From Escherichia phage HY03, in the sequence record NC_031047.1: a stretch of DNA of 64,000 nucleotides. One strand, 5' to 3'. Shown piece by piece: positions 62,244-64,000 of this stretch. Each line of letters begins with the position of its first letter. The stretch's first letter is position 1. A model generated the notes under the pieces. The model searched no databases, was not told the DNA's origin, and saw nothing but the letters and a program-made list of their open reading frames with translations. A program made the translations under genes and the position numbers.

Positions 62244-62750
62244 ATGATGGATTTACAACTTATTACTACTGAAATGGTCGTTGAAGCATACGGTGATACT
62301 ACAGATGGGATTTCTGTATTCAAAGGAAATCGTCGAGTTGGATATATCACTGATCTTAAGAAAGATTTAGCTAAGCAAGTCAAGCGGAAAACGACCATTA
62401 AAGAATATCGAAATCATCGTCTTGAGCAAGCCCGTGATATGCTTCCTGATGCGGTTGAAGAGATGAAAGTCTTTTTAGAAAATCAACTCGCTAAGTATGA
62501 TTGTGAAGTGTTCATTAATCAGACTCAACCTAATGTTCATATCAATAGCTGTAAATGCTATATCATCGTTAATCCTTTGACGGGAAAACACCGCCTTGGG
62601 GTTAGTAATCCAAATCGTAGTGCATCGGATATGGCAGAAGATGTTGAGGCATGCTTTAAAATTTCTAAATCTCCAGCTGAACATCATATTTTAATTAACG
62701 GTCTTTCTCAAGACGATATTGTAGAGGTTATTAAAACTTTATGCATGTAA
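62244..62750 (+). CDS. alc: Alc-like protein (by position and size)
   Basis: 168 aa downstream of rnlA. Confidence 0.45.
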   Translation: MMDLQLITTEMVVEAYGDTTDGISVFKGNRRVGYITDLKKDLAKQVKRKTTIKEYRNHRLEQARDMLPDAVEEMKVFLENQLAKYDCEVFINQTQPNVHINSCKCYIIVNPLTGKHRLGVSNPNRSASDMAEDVEACFKISKSPAEHHILINGLSQDDIVEVIKTLCM

Positions 62751-63094
62751 GTAATTTTACAGCTGGATTGCTATTACTTGTAATAGCATTGGGCGGAACA
62801 TCTATTATTTTAAAAAATAAGGTAGAAAGATTAGAAACATCAGTTACTGAAATTACAAAAACAGCCAATGAAAACGCCTTAGCATTAAATAATTTGCGAA
62901 TTCAGTATAATTATATTGATGCGATGAATAATAAAAATCGTGAGGCAATTGCTGCTATTGAGCGTGAAAATGAAAAACTGCGCAAAGACGCAAAGAAGGC
63001 GGATGTGGTGGCTCATAAGCCAGGATTGGTTGAAAAACAAATCAACAACTCCTTCAACAAGTTCGCAGAAGACATCCAGGACCTTTCTAAATGA
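62741..63094 (+). CDS. Membrane-anchored coiled-coil protein
   Basis: ORF track; N-terminal TM helix. Confidence 0.4.
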   Translation: MHVSNFTAGLLLLVIALGGTSIILKNKVERLETSVTEITKTANENALALNNLRIQYNYIDAMNNKNREAIAAIERENEKLRKDAKKADVVAHKPGLVEKQINNSFNKFAEDIQDLSK

Positions 63095-63390
63095 TTAAAC
63101 TATCAGCAGTAATATTATCTATTGGTCTTCTAGTTGGTTGTTCGACAAAGCCTCTAGAAGTAAAGAAAGAAACAGTTCATCCTAATTGGCCTGTACAAAT
63201 AAAGTCATATGATGAAGCTAAACTATCTTGGCAAGTTAAAGTTATCGATGGTAAAGCTTGGGTCGGTATGCCATTTGAAGATTCCCAGGAATTTCGTATT
63301 TGGCTTAATGATGTAAAACGATATGTACATGACCAGAAAACTATGATATGTTATTATCGTCAAGAGTTAAAAGAGGATAAATGTAAATGA
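63091..63390 (+). CDS. Putative lipoprotein (LVGC lipobox)
   Basis: ORF track; MIKLSAVILSIGLLVGCSTK. Confidence 0.45.
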   Translation: MIKLSAVILSIGLLVGCSTKPLEVKKETVHPNWPVQIKSYDEAKLSWQVKVIDGKAWVGMPFEDSQEFRIWLNDVKRYVHDQKTMICYYRQELKEDKCK

Positions 63391-63617
63391 TTTCACGGCA
63401 TCAATTTGAACATCTCAAAGGATTGATTTATGAATCCGAGATGGCTGCAATGATTTATGGACGCCAGATTCAGCGGTTAGAATCTTTACCTCCAACTAAT
63501 GATGTTTTATTAGCTCAATCACGTGCTAATCTCAAAAATGAATATCAAAATAAGTGGGGTAAAGCATCTAAAGACCTACATGATTATATTCAATCATTGG
63601 TTGAGAAAAATAAATGA
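63387..63617 (+). CDS. Hypothetical protein
   Basis: ORF track. Confidence 0.4.
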   Translation: MISRHQFEHLKGLIYESEMAAMIYGRQIQRLESLPPTNDVLLAQSRANLKNEYQNKWGKASKDLHDYIQSLVEKNK

Positions 63618-63916
63618 AAACTCTTCTAGAACGTTATATTGAATGCTCAGACCGTTACATTGATGTATGTCATGAAAGTGCATCAAGCATTAGCGAAGAC
63701 ATTGAACATGCTAAAGCTTTAGATGATGCTAGTAAAGCCCTGCGAAAAGAAGCGAAAGCTCGTGGGCTTGATATGTATCAGCTTAAAAATCACATGATAA
63801 AATTTATTTCATCCAATGTTCGGAGTAAATCAGTGAATCAATCAACAGCTGAATTATACAAAGGACGGCGTGAGCATAATATTCGTATTCTTGAAGTTTT
63901 CTTAGGAATTAAATGA
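63614..63916 (+). CDS. Hypothetical protein
   Basis: ORF track. Confidence 0.4.
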   Translation: MKTLLERYIECSDRYIDVCHESASSISEDIEHAKALDDASKALRKEAKARGLDMYQLKNHMIKFISSNVRSKSVNQSTAELYKGRREHNIRILEVFLGIK

Positions 63917-64000
63917 TGAAAAAGATTATTTTGACTATTGGCTGTCCTGGTTCTGGTAAGAGCACTTGGGCTCGTGAATTTATTGCTAAAAATCCAGGGT
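63916..64000 (+). CDS. pseT: Polynucleotide kinase/phosphatase PseT, N-terminal fragment (runs off the window)
   Basis: MKKIILTIGCPGSGKSTWAREFIAKNPG with Walker A; truncated by the window edge. Confidence 0.7.
   Translation, partial: MKKIILTIGCPGSGKSTWAREFIAKNPG

Overview
This window reads as a T-even (T4-like) myovirus genome segment, in the opposite orientation to the canonical T4 map. The + strand carries a long run of early/middle genes: imm, 42, a glycosyltransferase, uvsX, 40, 41, dmd, sp, 61, dam, 56, soc, two mod ADP-ribosyltransferases, dda, dexA, topoisomerase 39 with mobA and gene 60, rIIA, rIIB, denB, ndd, stp, ac, 52, motA, arn, asiA, then rnh, dsbA, 33, 59, 32, frd, td, nrdA, nrdB, denA, rnlA, alc and the start of pseT. 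The - strand carries the late module t-38-37-36-35-34 (holin and long tail fibre). Gene names are assigned from protein motifs, lengths, synteny and my recollection of T4 proteins; no database search was run. Coordinates of CDSs come from the ORF track; coordinates of promoters, hairpins and sub-60-aa ORFs were read off the sequence by eye and may be off by 1-2 nt. The phage is not T4 itself: it has a different glycosyltransferase in the beta-gt slot, a glycine-rich T2-type gp38 adhesin, a full-length nrdB intron endonuclease, and extra insertions. The most interesting item is uvsX (3514..5999), which is broken into two ORFs whose junction carries textbook split-intein halves (Cys1 ... TxxH / ... 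NGIVTHN|T) flanking a free-standing GIY-YIG homing endonuclease. The second is a 187-aa protein with a PD-(D/E)xK-like motif translationally coupled to dam, preceded by an oppositely oriented small membrane-protein gene. The window is dense with mobile elements: two group I introns (td, nrdB) with their endonucleases, HNH genes mobA and mobE, a Seg-like GIY-YIG gene, and the gene 60 translational-bypass cassette. No tRNA, rRNA or CRISPR array was found.
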